Below are positions 36,328 to 45,776 of a DNA stretch of 64,000 nt, one piece after another (the stretch's first letter is position 1; every line of letters starts with the position of its first letter). Position numbers and translations under genes: made by a program. This DNA is from a virus (lineage: Duplodnaviria > Heunggongvirae > Uroviricota > Caudoviricetes), in the IMG/VR virus record IMGVR_UViG_3300048904_000202, positions 68,007-132,006 of that record; one strand, written 5' to 3'. The notes beneath the pieces were generated by a model that saw only the letters and a program-made list of their open reading frames with translations, ran no database searches and had not been told where the DNA came from.

Positions 36328-36719
36328 CAGACCTTGCCCTCCAGATCAGGAGCGAGGCCGGCAAGGTGATAACCGCGCTGGACGTGGCCGGGGTAGAAGC
36401 GCATCCACACCTTCGACCACACACCGGCGGCGGTCGCCGTCTGGCACTGGTAGATCGCTTGCCGATCGCCGAAGCGATCATAACCAACCACGATGTGCTG
36501 GATGCGGGCAAGGACTGGCTGGCCGCTGCGTTCAACCCATATCACCTCGGTCGGTTGATACGGTAATGCCTCACGCCATTCACGGATCGAGTGCTTGTCC
36601 CCCGGAGCGGCCAAAGCGTCCTCCGGCCCGACTCGATCCCACGTATAGCGGTGTGGGGCGACGGATGCGGGATCAACCTTCTCCTCGATCCAGTTCTTGA
36701 CGGCGCGGGAGTTGCCCAT
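36327..36719 (-). CDS. hypothetical protein
   Basis: 130-aa ORF. Confidence 0.5.
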   Translation of the reverse strand: MGNSRAVKNWIEEKVDPASVAPHRYTWDRVGPEDALAAPGDKHSIREWREALPYQPTEVIWVERSGQPVLARIQHIVVGYDRFGDRQAIYQCQTATAAGVWSKVWMRFYPGHVQRGYHLAGLAPDLEGKV

Positions 36720-36913
36720 CAGGCGGCTGCCTTCGCCTTATTGGCAGCGTTCGCAGCATCGGCGCTCTTGGCGAGGCGCATCAGTTCCGCCTCGGCGATG
36801 CGCTGTCCCTCCGGCGTGCCGTCGCGGATGGCGGCGATCAGCGCGGGCATGATCGCCGCCCACGTCGGAGTCATGTCGATCATACCGACCTTGGTCTTTT
36901 CGGTTACTGCCAT
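36719..36913 (-). CDS. hypothetical protein
   Basis: 64 aa with RBS GGGAGGAAAACC. Confidence 0.5.
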   Translation of the reverse strand: MAVTEKTKVGMIDMTPTWAAIMPALIAAIRDGTPEGQRIAEAELMRLAKSADAANAANKAKAAA

Positions 36914-36925
36914 GGTTTTCCTCCC

Positions 36926-37199
36926 TCAGACGTAGTTGTTGCGGATGAGATAGTCGCTCGCATCGACGCTGCGAGCGAACTCGCGGATCGCGCCGGTCAA
37001 GTGACCAGCCTTCGAGCGGACGTTGACGTAGAAGAGTGTGCGCCCCTCCCGGACCAGTTCGCCGATCAGAGGCTCGGCCTCCTTCATCAAGCGCTCTAGC
37101 TTGTCCATGTAGCGGTCCTCGGCGGCGTTGCGACGCTTCTCGCGGTAAGCCCGCTGGCGCTCGCCGTCTGGATCGTTGTCGAACATGCCCACCATGTGT
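36926..37199 (-). CDS. hypothetical protein
   Basis: Start revised to MVGMFDNDPDG right after GGGAGACAC; preceded by promoter cassette 37200-37262. Confidence 0.45.
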
Positions 37200-37263
37200 C
37201 TCCCGAGTCGTTGCCGATGACGAATCACTAGGATAAATCATTAGGTCCGTCAATAGTCAATTA

Positions 37264-37485
37264 TCACGTCTCTTCTCGTACCATCGCGTCGATAGCCCAC
37301 CTGATACAGGCATATACCTGATCCACCGATTCCAAGCCCAATTCCTTGACCACATCTGTGGGCGAATACCCAGCAGCGAGCCGCGACAGCACCGTCGTCA
37401 CTTCAATTCTGTGGCCGGTTACGGTTGGGCGACATCCACAGATGCCATCGTGTCGACCGACGAGAGGACGTGGCGCGCGGGACAT
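37264..37485 (-). CDS. DUF433-like (antitoxin-type) small protein
   Basis: 73 aa; GHRIEVTTVLSRLAAGYSPTDVVKELGLESVDQVYACIRWA fits the DUF433 pattern (G.RI.V..VL..L..G.S.EEI...YP.L..E.I..AL.YA); start revised. Confidence 0.45.
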   Translation of the reverse strand: MSRAPRPLVGRHDGICGCRPTVTGHRIEVTTVLSRLAAGYSPTDVVKELGLESVDQVYACIRWAIDAMVREET

Positions 37486-37489
37486 CGCG

Positions 37490-37747
37490 TCAGTTGTCCA
37501 GTCGCTCGAACCTATAGCCGGCGGTGTGGTGTTCGCTCGCCGCTGCCGTGGTGATGTAGCGATCGGCCCACTCGCCGCCGCCGGCCTTCGCCAGATCGAC
37601 CGGGCCACCCATCTTCTTCGCCAGCCGGCCGGCGTGTGCTTTGGCCTGCGAGGTCTCCTCGAAGTCCTTGGTGGTGATGTTGGCGCGCTCCAGCGTGGTG
37701 CCGTCGCCGGCACCGTTACCATAATCGTGAAACTCGAACAGTCGCAT
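37490..37747 (-). CDS. hypothetical protein
   Basis: Start revised to MRLFEFHDYG with RBS AAGGAGGAA. Confidence 0.45.
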   Translation of the reverse strand: MRLFEFHDYGNGAGDGTTLERANITTKDFEETSQAKAHAGRLAKKMGGPVDLAKAGGGEWADRYITTAAASEHHTAGYRFERLDN

Positions 37748-37761
37748 GGTTTCCTCCTTTC

Positions 37762-38706
37762 TCAGTGGGGCCGAGGGCCGCCGGCCAGCACATAGCTGAC
37801 TTTCTTGGGCTCGTTGTTGTAGATCGTCGCCGACGAGAACATGTGGGTGATCTCGCCGCGATATTCCCACGGCAGATTGACGATGACGACATCGAAATCG
37901 CCGGTGCCCCGGATGTTGCGGGGAAGATCATAGTCGCCGACTTGCGGCCGGACCAGCGTCTTGCCGTCGATGTTGGCCTTGGCCCAAGTCCGAATTTCAT
38001 CGGCGAACGCCTTTGCCTTGGCGTCCCTATTCTCGATCCACTTGCGCCAGCCGGCTTCACCGATCTCCTCATAGGTGCCGGGCCGAGGCTCGGAGGGCTG
38101 GTAGAAAATGATCGAGAGTTTGCCCGGCTTGGCGTCGCGCGCGGCCTTGATCTTGGCGCGCTCCTCGGCTGCTGCGGCTTCGAGCGGATCGTAAGCCTTG
38201 GCAAGGCCCCGTTCCCTACCCGTGACCGGCGTGTCGATGCCGACGATCGTCCCAAGTTTCCAATTATCGACGCGGAACTGGAAGTGACTGACGAGTCCGT
38301 TGTTCCAACGAATGTCCGCTTCCACGTTGGAAATCTTGCTATTCAGCACTTGGGACCATTTGCGGTCCTGCGGCGTGTACTCGACCAACTTATCACCGGC
38401 CGGGCGGTGGTTGGCGTCGTACTGCTTTTCCATGCGGAAAAGCTTGATCACTTCTCCGGCTTTGAGGGCGCGGAGATATTCGACATCCTTGGCGATCTGT
38501 TCGTGCAGGTCCGCGATGATTTTGTCGGTCAGGGTGTGTTCGTACTCGAACGGCTTGTGGTCATAGCCGGCGCAGTTGCCGTGCGTGTAACCATCTCCGG
38601 GGCGCTGGTAGCCGTGGAGGACCATGAGCTTATCCGCACCAACCTTGAACTCGCCGAAGCAGGCTTGGCAGGTGCCGATATAGTCTTCCGTCGTTTTACG
38701 CTGCAT
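37762..38706 (-). CDS. hypothetical protein (about 315 aa)
   Basis: Start revised to MQRKTTEDY right after GAATCAGGGAGACAACAC leader. Confidence 0.55.
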   Translation of the reverse strand: MQRKTTEDYIGTCQACFGEFKVGADKLMVLHGYQRPGDGYTHGNCAGYDHKPFEYEHTLTDKIIADLHEQIAKDVEYLRALKAGEVIKLFRMEKQYDANHRPAGDKLVEYTPQDRKWSQVLNSKISNVEADIRWNNGLVSHFQFRVDNWKLGTIVGIDTPVTGRERGLAKAYDPLEAAAAEERAKIKAARDAKPGKLSIIFYQPSEPRPGTYEEIGEAGWRKWIENRDAKAKAFADEIRTWAKANIDGKTLVRPQVGDYDLPRNIRGTGDFDVVIVNLPWEYRGEITHMFSSATIYNNEPKKVSYVLAGGPRPH

Positions 38707-38775
38707 GTGTTGTCTCCCTGATTCGCTGTCTATGCGAATCAGGTAGGACAAATCTTTGGGTTCGTCAACAGTTCT
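38707..38775 (-). promoter_or_regulatory. conserved promoter-leader cassette with GATTCG/CGAATC hairpin
   Basis: rc: GTTGACGAACCCAAAGATTTGTCCTACCTGATTCGCATAGACAGCGAATCAGGGAGACAACACATG. Confidence 0.5.
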
Positions 38776-38815
38776 TTTTGCGTATCCGGCGCCGGCTGCT
38801 GTTTACCTTAACGTG

Positions 38816-38992
38816 ATCACCACCACCAGCGGCGCGGACGGATGATGTCTCCTACCACGCACGCCAAGAGGAACACACCGACGAGAGCCCACGGGGTCAC
38901 CGTGACAGCGAACCACACGACGAAGTTAAGCACCAAAAGACCCGCCACGACAAGCACGGCGAGTCCGATAACCATGAAACAGCCTTGGATCA
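38816..38992 (-). CDS. small two-TM membrane protein (58 aa)
   Basis: Below ORF cutoff; ATGA overlap with the thioredoxin stop. Confidence 0.35.
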
Positions 38993-39322
38993 TGACGCTT
39001 TTCCGAGCGCATCGGTGACGAACTGCTCGAAATATTCATCCGACATGGTGCCGGCGCGGCTGGCGAGCGGGACGCCGAGGTCGAAGAACATCAACGTAGG
39101 CGTTCCCTTGATCTGGTACTCGCGCGTCATCTTCGGGCACTTCTCCACATCGATCTCCGCGTAATCGTATCGCCGGCCGGCCTCCTGCTCGATCGCGTCG
39201 TCGATCAGCGGATAGAGCGCGTGACTCGGGCCGCAGAATGACGATGTGAAAAGAACAAGCAGCGGCTTGTCACGACTGGTGAGGACCGACGCGAAATTGT
39301 CGTCGTTGAGATCGATGCTCAT
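38990..39322 (-). CDS. thioredoxin-fold protein with monothiol CGPS motif
   Basis: Thioredoxin-like layout (LVLFTSSFCGPSHALYPLID ... KGTPTLMFF) with the second Cys replaced by Ser. Confidence 0.7.
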   Translation of the reverse strand: MSIDLNDDNFASVLTSRDKPLLVLFTSSFCGPSHALYPLIDDAIEQEAGRRYDYAEIDVEKCPKMTREYQIKGTPTLMFFDLGVPLASRAGTMSDEYFEQFVTDALGKAS

Positions 39323-39624
39323 GCGGTAGCCTTCGCTTTGTCATTGGTCATCGCATCCATCCTCTGATAGAGAAGGTTGTCGATCGCTCTATCCAGCGCG
39401 TCGCGATGATCTCGCGCCCAAGACTGGATGACGTTGCGTTCTAGCGGTGCCTTCTGCCAATTCAACTCGGTGAGGCAGCAGAACAATAATTCTTCGCGCT
39501 TCTTGCCGTAGACAGCAATGTTGTACGCATCGATAGCTTTTTCGCGATCGTCTCCGAGCGAGCGAGTGGATACTCCGCCGTCCGTGTAGACAGACATCAT
39601 GCGGAAGAGGCTGGTCGAAGTCAT
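39319..39624 (-). CDS. hypothetical protein
   Basis: 101-aa ORF, ATGA overlap. Confidence 0.45.
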   Translation of the reverse strand: MTSTSLFRMMSVYTDGGVSTRSLGDDREKAIDAYNIAVYGKKREELLFCCLTELNWQKAPLERNVIQSWARDHRDALDRAIDNLLYQRMDAMTNDKAKATA

Positions 39625-40012
39625 CGGACCGTACCTGTTGTGGTTGTGATGACAACACCACCATTCTCGATCAGCGCCTTGGTCGCGTCAGAGAGTTCGA
39701 AAAGATCGCTCGCAGCGTCCACGTCTTCGGGATAGCCAGCGGCGCTGGGACCCTTGTGGGCGCGTTCATTGGCTTCCCAGCCCGCGCGGAATGCCTCGTT
39801 ACAGGCGTCCTCGATCGCAGCGGTGAGGAGGTCTTTGTTGACGATCCAATCCGTTCCGTCACCAATCGGAATGAGCAGGCACGAGCCCAATTCGATCGCA
39901 AAAACCGTCTGACCTTCGATCATGGTCAAGCACGTCTGATCCAAACCGGCCTCTTCGAGCGTCGCCGAGATGTTCAGGTAGGATGCCATCGGGATGGCAA
40001 TGACCATGTTAT
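39621..40012 (-). CDS. hypothetical protein
   Basis: Start revised to MDNMVIAIP; ORF-track start would overlap neighbour. Confidence 0.45.
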
Positions 40013-40350
40013 CCATCGGTCGGCTCCACGGCGTCGGGGTGCGTGTTGGCGGTGATATAATCCCGCGCCTTTGGCGACGCCCTGACGATATCGTCGTAGC
40101 GAATCTTGGTCGGTACGCCGCCGGTGCCCCAACCGAACCATGTCTGAAATGGTGCCACAGGAAGGTTGGCGCCAAACTGATTCTGGGCGTAATCACCAAT
40201 GATGCGACAATCCTCCTTGGACTGTCCGTAGCTGACAACGTCCACGACGCCGTCGTCGCGCACGCCGACCATGATCATGGCGCGATAGCGATGCTTCTTG
40301 GCGACCGTGCGGAGGGCGTTGACCGACAGCAGTGTGGACGTGTCCGTCAT
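40009..40350 (-). CDS. hypothetical protein
   Basis: 113-aa ORF. Confidence 0.45.
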   Translation of the reverse strand: MTDTSTLLSVNALRTVAKKHRYRAMIMVGVRDDGVVDVVSYGQSKEDCRIIGDYAQNQFGANLPVAPFQTWFGWGTGGVPTKIRYDDIVRASPKARDYITANTHPDAVEPTDG

Positions 40351-40598
40351 CAGATGTTGTCCGGTCGCTCGCCGGGCTGCGGCGCAACGTCGCGACGGGC
40401 CGCCTTGAGAGCCTGACGGGTGAGGTGCGGCAAACGGCCGCCGTGGATGCCGAGGAACGCACCTTCGTCCAGCCCCATACCGACGACTAAACCGCCGAAG
40501 ATACCGTCTGCGATGATGGCGGCTTCGCTCTCGGGGATGCCGTGCTTTGCGGCTTCTTCCGCGATGGCCGCGACCGCGTCGCGAGGGGAGGTGATCAT
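40350..40598 (-). CDS. hypothetical protein
   Basis: 82-aa ORF. Confidence 0.4.
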   Translation of the reverse strand: MITSPRDAVAAIAEEAAKHGIPESEAAIIADGIFGGLVVGMGLDEGAFLGIHGGRLPHLTRQALKAARRDVAPQPGERPDNI

Positions 40599-40721
40599 CT
40601 AAATCCTTTCAGTCGTACACGAAAATTAGGGAGGAGGCGGTGAGATAGATCAACGCCATGACAGCGAGCATGCTCCCGATCGCCAACGGCCGCTGCCGGC
40701 AGAGGCCGATCGCGGCATCCA

Positions 40722-40880
40722 TCAGGGACGGAGTGCTTCGGGACAAAGGAAGCCGCTGAGGCATTGTTTGCACTTGCTGCTGTCATGCGCCGGCTTAGGA
40801 CGCCGACGCACAAGGCTGATGAAGATGGCGACGCCTGAGGCGAGACCAGCGAGAATGATGAGGCCGATGATTACGCTCAT
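40722..40880 (-). CDS. small membrane protein with Cys-rich tail
   Basis: Start revised to MSVIIGLIILAGL (ATGA overlap); tail CKQCLSGFLC. Confidence 0.35.
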   Translation of the reverse strand: MSVIIGLIILAGLASGVAIFISLVRRRPKPAHDSSKCKQCLSGFLCPEALRP

Positions 40881-41296
40881 GCTGTGGGCTCCCGGACGAC
40901 ATTTACTGAGGAAGGCGAGAAGCGCTTCCGATCGTTGAGCGCCGCCAAATAAACCCACACTGTGGGTGAGGCACCGGTCAATTCGATCTTTGAAATTTGC
41001 CCGTATTGATTTGGATATGCGTAATGGGTCGGCGAAATCCGAACGCGATCACCTTCGTTGAGCTTCCCGACGAGTTCCCACTGGCGTGCATGTTCGTCGG
41101 GGCTCGCGTCGGTATTGATCAGAGACTTCTTGAGCTTCAAGACATGAAACGTCGCGCCCGGCGTTTTCTTTGCCAGTCGTTCAGCTTCCTTTTCGGCATT
41201 GTACCGCGACGTGTGCCGGAAGGTAGGCGCTCGGCCCCCTTCTCGAATCACATAGTACGACGGCTTCTCTTCACCGTAGACAGTCTCGATCGGCAC
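40877..41296 (-). CDS. hypothetical protein
   Basis: Start revised to GTG after ACGAATCGCTGGGGGTAAC leader; ORF-track N-terminus is actually promoter sequence (TTGACG-N10-AATCGTCCTACAA at 41297-41362). Confidence 0.45.
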   Translation of the reverse strand: MPIETVYGEEKPSYYVIREGGRAPTFRHTSRYNAEKEAERLAKKTPGATFHVLKLKKSLINTDASPDEHARQWELVGKLNEGDRVRISPTHYAYPNQYGQISKIELTGASPTVWVYLAALNDRKRFSPSSVNVVREPTA

Positions 41297-41574
41297 GTTA
41301 CCCCCAGCGATTCGTTTCGTTGTCGTTTTGTAGGACGATTCCGCAGGTAACGTCAAGCGAGACTCAACATAGACAGAAAATGTGTCAGGGATAGTCGGCT
41401 ATGCGGCTCTTATCGCCTTCTTTTCGGTCTTAGCCTCTCCGCCTCTTGCCGGCGCGACGCAACAGCGCCTTCTCATGTCGCCGGGTGTGGCGGTTGATGA
41501 TCACGTCCGCTGGCTCTTGTTCCTTCTGTGGTGCGTCAAAATAGTCGGCAAGGTTAGCCGACACGATCGAGGTA

Positions 41575-42237
41575 TCATCCACGATTAGTCCTCCCGGCGC
41601 GTCGGCGCGCAGCGCGGTTGTTGGTCGGCTTTACCGGTGGTTGGTAATCGGCCGGTACCTCGATCTTGGGTGCCCGTTCTAGCGCCCGGTCGATCGCAGT
41701 CACCGCCGCGTCTAGGAACTTCGCCGGCCGTCCAGTCAGTGCGGGGAAATGATAGTCCACGACCTTCCAGCGATCCTCGAAGCCGTAGCTTTCGATGTCC
41801 ATAACCACCGCCTTGGCCTTCTTACCTGCCAAGGTTGGATAAAGTGTGTTGTGGACGGTCATTGGAACTGCCGCCAAGGTCGTGAGCGTTCGCGCCTCAG
41901 CGTCTGCGAAATCGGTGAAGATCGGCTGGTGATAGCGAGGATGACTCGGCCACCCTCTGATCGGCGTGACGAACTCGCCCTTGTCCATCCACGCCTTCAT
42001 CATCTCGATCGTGCGCTTCTGGTAGTCGGTCAGGTCGAAACCGGTGACCAGCGACGCGAACTCAGCGATATCATGCTTGGAGGCTTTCGGGTCGGGTTCG
42101 CATTTGCTCAACGACTTCGCGTGATCCGCGACAGAAAGAGGTCTCTCCGTCCACATAGGGCCAATGGACTCAGGGTCCAGCACCACCTTGGTGTCACCGG
42201 GCAGTCTCTTGGCTTCATCGAACGATAGGTAGTTCAC
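41575..42237 (-). CDS. hypothetical protein
   Basis: 220-aa ORF. Confidence 0.5.
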   Translation of the reverse strand: MNYLSFDEAKRLPGDTKVVLDPESIGPMWTERPLSVADHAKSLSKCEPDPKASKHDIAEFASLVTGFDLTDYQKRTIEMMKAWMDKGEFVTPIRGWPSHPRYHQPIFTDFADAEARTLTTLAAVPMTVHNTLYPTLAGKKAKAVVMDIESYGFEDRWKVVDYHFPALTGRPAKFLDAAVTAIDRALERAPKIEVPADYQPPVKPTNNRAARRRAGRTNRG

Positions 42238-42485
42238 GCGTAGACGACCTTCGTGTCGATCGTCTGGCCGACGCAGAACTTCACGCCGGGGAAGCGCGCC
42301 GCCAGCGCCTCGGCCATCTTGCCGGCATATTCGGCGGTGTCCTCGGAGAGGGGCGTGATGGCGTTGCTGATCTCGACCATTCTGCGCTGGATCACGTCAC
42401 GCTTCTTGGGCGGGATCGCGGCGATCTGCACCGGCGACATTTCGGCCTCGGGCGGAACGGCGAAAATGAAATAGACGTTACGCAC
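42234..42485 (-). CDS. hypothetical protein
   Basis: 83-aa ORF. Confidence 0.45.
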   Translation of the reverse strand: MRNVYFIFAVPPEAEMSPVQIAAIPPKKRDVIQRRMVEISNAITPLSEDTAEYAGKMAEALAARFPGVKFCVGQTIDTKVVYA

Positions 42486-43005
42486 CGGAGGGTTGTCCTT
42501 TGTCGATCTTGCGAGCTACCGCGCTAGCGGCGAGAGTAGTGCTTGCGATGTCGCGTAAACGTCCCGGAGACGATGCACAAAGATGGCAGAGACAGTCCGA
42601 GTGAGGCGCGTTAATGCGTCTACCAATGGATATCTGCACCAAACCTTCCCTCAACACAGTTTCGCTCGAAGACGGTGTCAGCGGAGTTGCGGACAACCAT
42701 TCTTCACGTGCTACGACTTCGGCCCAAAGCTGTTTGATGACTTCCCGAACGTCGTCTGGCACGCCGTCCCGGTTGGCGTGGAATGCTGCTTGTTCGAGCG
42801 CCCATTCTTCCGGCGAGTCTGGGATCGTCGCCTTGCTCGCTCTCATCACCCCAAGAGTCGCCGCGCTAAGCTCGGCATACTCTTCCTCGGTGATCGCGAG
42901 CCATCCCTTACCGAGCAGCTTGGCGCCCTCAGCAGTATTGACCGTGAACGGCGTCTCGTCGGTGAAGTGGTAGCGCGACGGATGCTCTGCGGTGCTGGTG
43001 GTCAC
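42478..43005 (-). CDS. hypothetical protein
   Basis: 175-aa ORF. Confidence 0.5.
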   Translation of the reverse strand: MTTSTAEHPSRYHFTDETPFTVNTAEGAKLLGKGWLAITEEEYAELSAATLGVMRASKATIPDSPEEWALEQAAFHANRDGVPDDVREVIKQLWAEVVAREEWLSATPLTPSSSETVLREGLVQISIGRRINAPHSDCLCHLCASSPGRLRDIASTTLAASAVARKIDKGQPSGA

Positions 43006-43286
43006 TGGACGGTCTGCCGATTGAGCCAGTCATAAAACTCCGGCCATTCGGCGGCGGCGTCGCCCTGATCCCAAGCGCGGAGAAACTCAACGGCGTTGGC
43101 GCTATCGTGGTCGGGGTTGACGTACAGCAGCCACTTGACCGCTTGCGCGGCCGTTCCGTGGTCGCCGGCAGGGCGGCCGGTTTTCGCGATCGGCTTACCC
43201 TTTGGTGCGTTCGTTTCAGTGTGCATTAGAATTGAATCCATATTTTGGACGGTCCTCCGACCGTCTGTTGGGTGAGCGTGGCGCAT
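43002..43286 (-). CDS. hypothetical protein
   Basis: 94-aa ORF. Confidence 0.4.
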   Translation of the reverse strand: MRHAHPTDGRRTVQNMDSILMHTETNAPKGKPIAKTGRPAGDHGTAAQAVKWLLYVNPDHDSANAVEFLRAWDQGDAAAEWPEFYDWLNRQTVQ

Positions 43287-44266
43287 CCGTCATTCGCACG
43301 CAGCCACTTGAGGGCGTCGATTTTCGGGATACCTGCGGTGGCACAAGCGGCGATCAAATCAGAGAGCCACATCCCACTAACATCCTGATCGAACAACTGG
43401 TCGATCACGTCGTCTACGGTCTTTTCAGGGAGATGAGAGATGCCTACAAAATTCACCTTGTTGTCGTAGAAGATCGCAACACCTGTTCGATCCTTACCGC
43501 CGGGGTCTATACCGACGACAATCCTACTTCGCTTAGAGATACCATGATGGATCGCGGATGATCCCAAGCCGCCACGGTGGATGAGTTTGGCTTTAGGAAG
43601 GGGTGGGACCACCGCCGGGGTAGGTGATGCGACCGGGGCCGTGACCTTGATGCGATCGTGCTTCGATACCTCGTAGCAGCGACAGTACCTACAATATTCC
43701 GGATTGGTGTGGTGGCACAGTTCGCCCGTGTTTCCATTGATCCGAACCGTGGGCTGCTCGACATACCAGAAGATATTGATCATGTCGGATCGACCGGCTG
43801 GAACTTCACATGCCGGGCTTACACCATCAACGGTCTTATAAGCTCCGATCGGATCGTAGGCACGATCGCGGCGATCAACGGTGAAGTGAGTCACCGAGTT
43901 CATTCCGTCCGATTTATAGATCGAGCGGAACTCGGAGAGCATGGCCTGTTTGTTGTTACCGCACCGCGAAGCGATAGTATCGAACTCGAAGCGCGCCATG
44001 GTGGACATGCTGGTCAGGACACGCAGGGGTTCGGTCGGCGGGAAGAAGCTCAGGCGGCGAGGAGGCTTGGGCAGAGCGCGCCAGATCAGGCGACCGGAAG
44101 CCAACATACCGCTACCCAGCGCAGCGAGGAGCATCGTCGTCACACTCATTGAGGCCGGCGCATGAGTGGCAAGCCAGATCGTCGTCACCATGAAGATGAT
44201 GACCGTTGTCAGTATCCAACGATCGAACCGATCGAAGTTCCGGAAGCCGGTCATCTCGGTGTTCAC
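43226..44266 (-). CDS. membrane protein with C-terminal RuvC-like (GIDPG) segment
   Basis: Two N-terminal TM helices, central Cys cluster (CHHTNPEYCRYCRC), then RIVVGIDPGGKDRTGVAIF resembling RuvC/YqgF motif I. Confidence 0.5.
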   Translation of the reverse strand: MNTEMTGFRNFDRFDRWILTTVIIFMVTTIWLATHAPASMSVTTMLLAALGSGMLASGRLIWRALPKPPRRLSFFPPTEPLRVLTSMSTMARFEFDTIASRCGNNKQAMLSEFRSIYKSDGMNSVTHFTVDRRDRAYDPIGAYKTVDGVSPACEVPAGRSDMINIFWYVEQPTVRINGNTGELCHHTNPEYCRYCRCYEVSKHDRIKVTAPVASPTPAVVPPLPKAKLIHRGGLGSSAIHHGISKRSRIVVGIDPGGKDRTGVAIFYDNKVNFVGISHLPEKTVDDVIDQLFDQDVSGMWLSDLIAACATAGIPKIDALKWLRANDGCATLTQQTVGGPSKIWIQF

Positions 44267-44478
44267 GTGCGGCCCCGCAGTAGGTGAGCCTCTACGAAGT
44301 CCACGACCTCACCAGTCTCGTCGTCCTTACCACGCCACGAGAACTCGTCGCTACCACAAGGACATACGAGCCTTTCGCCGTTTTCGAGTTGGCCGAACTC
44401 GGCGTCCATGTCGACGACCCGATCGCAGCGATTGCAGACGACAATCGACAGGACGCAATCGTTATCGGGCTCGGACAT
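44263..44478 (-). CDS. zinc-ribbon protein
   Basis: 71 aa with CNRCDRV...CPCGSDEF. Confidence 0.45.
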   Translation of the reverse strand: MSEPDNDCVLSIVVCNRCDRVVDMDAEFGQLENGERLVCPCGSDEFSWRGKDDETGEVVDFVEAHLLRGRT

Positions 44479-44535
44479 TGGCGATTGGGCTCCTGATTCG
44501 GTATCTAGTCTGGCTAGAGAATCAGGCCATACATG

Positions 44536-44961
44536 TCAACTCTTACTAACGTCCTTCGAGGATTTCGCGTGTTCGTCGAGCAACGCCTTGACGCAGGCTG
44601 CCCGCGTGTACGCGCTCTTCCAACGGCCGGGGTTCTGGGCAGTCTCATAGCGCCATTCAGGTGTCTTGCCCTGCCGGCGCCACGCAACGACACGGCCACC
44701 GATGTTCGGGCCTTGGAGCGTCGGGAAATGGCTGTAGACCGACCCAATGCGCCGATCATCTACCAGTACGTCGTAGCGATTGAGGCCGGGCTGGTGGTAG
44801 GCACCGTATTCGACTTTCTTGAGAACGGGCTCTGGCATTTCGGCTGCTGTGTCTTCAACCACTTCCAGCACGTCTCCGCACTTGCTGCATTTGTCGTATG
44901 GAGCGTCTCGCCAAGAGGACGCCGTGATCCGGATATAGGTATGATCGCAGATCATGGTCAT
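44536..44961 (-). CDS. hypothetical Cys-containing protein
   Basis: 141 aa; CDHTY...CSKCGDV. Confidence 0.45.
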   Translation of the reverse strand: MTMICDHTYIRITASSWRDAPYDKCSKCGDVLEVVEDTAAEMPEPVLKKVEYGAYHQPGLNRYDVLVDDRRIGSVYSHFPTLQGPNIGGRVVAWRRQGKTPEWRYETAQNPGRWKSAYTRAACVKALLDEHAKSSKDVSKS

Positions 44962-45211
44962 GCTCTCCCTTCCATGATCGCGCGGTAGCGATCCGATTTC
45001 TTGTACTCGTCTTCGTCGAAAACGGGTTCGGGTGGGACGTCCATACGGTCGCAGACCTTTTCGTAGGTCGCCTGCATTTCGTCGAACAGATCGCGGTAGC
45101 TCGGATCGAGCTTTGCCAATTGGTACATGACCTGTCGACAGCCCTTCGCGGACTGGTAAGCACCGGCTGCCTCGCAGGCGACATGCGTGGTCATTTCGTC
45201 AAGACGCATCA
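44958..45211 (-). CDS. hypothetical protein
   Basis: Start revised to MRLDEMTTHV (TGATG overlap). Confidence 0.4.
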
Positions 45212-45433
45212 GGCCGGGACCTGCATCGCCATACGACCGGCCGGCGTCCAGACGACGAAAGCGTCCTTGATCTTCTCGAAGCCACAGCGTCCATCGGCGC
45301 GCTTCATGAAGCCGTTCTCGATCGCCCACAGGATCGTAGGATGACGGGGTTCTTTCGGCTCGAAGTCCTTACCCTCCATCTGCTCAAAAGCTCGCCGCAG
45401 GATGCGGAGGTGCTTTTCGGTCTCGATGCTCAC
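45209..45433 (-). CDS. hypothetical protein
   Basis: GTG start in GTGA overlap; 74 aa. Confidence 0.4.
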   Translation of the reverse strand: MSIETEKHLRILRRAFEQMEGKDFEPKEPRHPTILWAIENGFMKRADGRCGFEKIKDAFVVWTPAGRMAMQVPA

Positions 45434-45663
45434 TGGCGAAGCGCCTCCAGCATGGCGACTTTCTCGGCCTCCAGCTTGTTGGTATCGATGTCGAAGTGCT
45501 TGGCGATCAGCTTGTCCCGGTTGTGATAGGATGGGTAAAGCATGTCGCCCTCGTAGCGCGCGATGACATATCCGTTGGCGCTCAGCCATTCGATAAAGTC
45601 GCCGACGATCTGGTTCGCGCCGCCGAGTGCCTTGATCTTCTCGTGTTCGGGATACTCAGCCAT
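45430..45663 (-). CDS. hypothetical protein
   Basis: 77 aa with perfect RBS AAGGAGGT. Confidence 0.55.
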   Translation of the reverse strand: MAEYPEHEKIKALGGANQIVGDFIEWLSANGYVIARYEGDMLYPSYHNRDKLIAKHFDIDTNKLEAEKVAMLEALRQ

Positions 45664-45776
45664 GGTCCGATACCTCCTTGATCAAGCCACGCTCTTTGAG
45701 CGCTGCAATGGCACGCTTGACACGCTCCGGGCTGATATCGAGTTCCTGCGCCAAGCGATTGATTTCCGCGTCGCGA

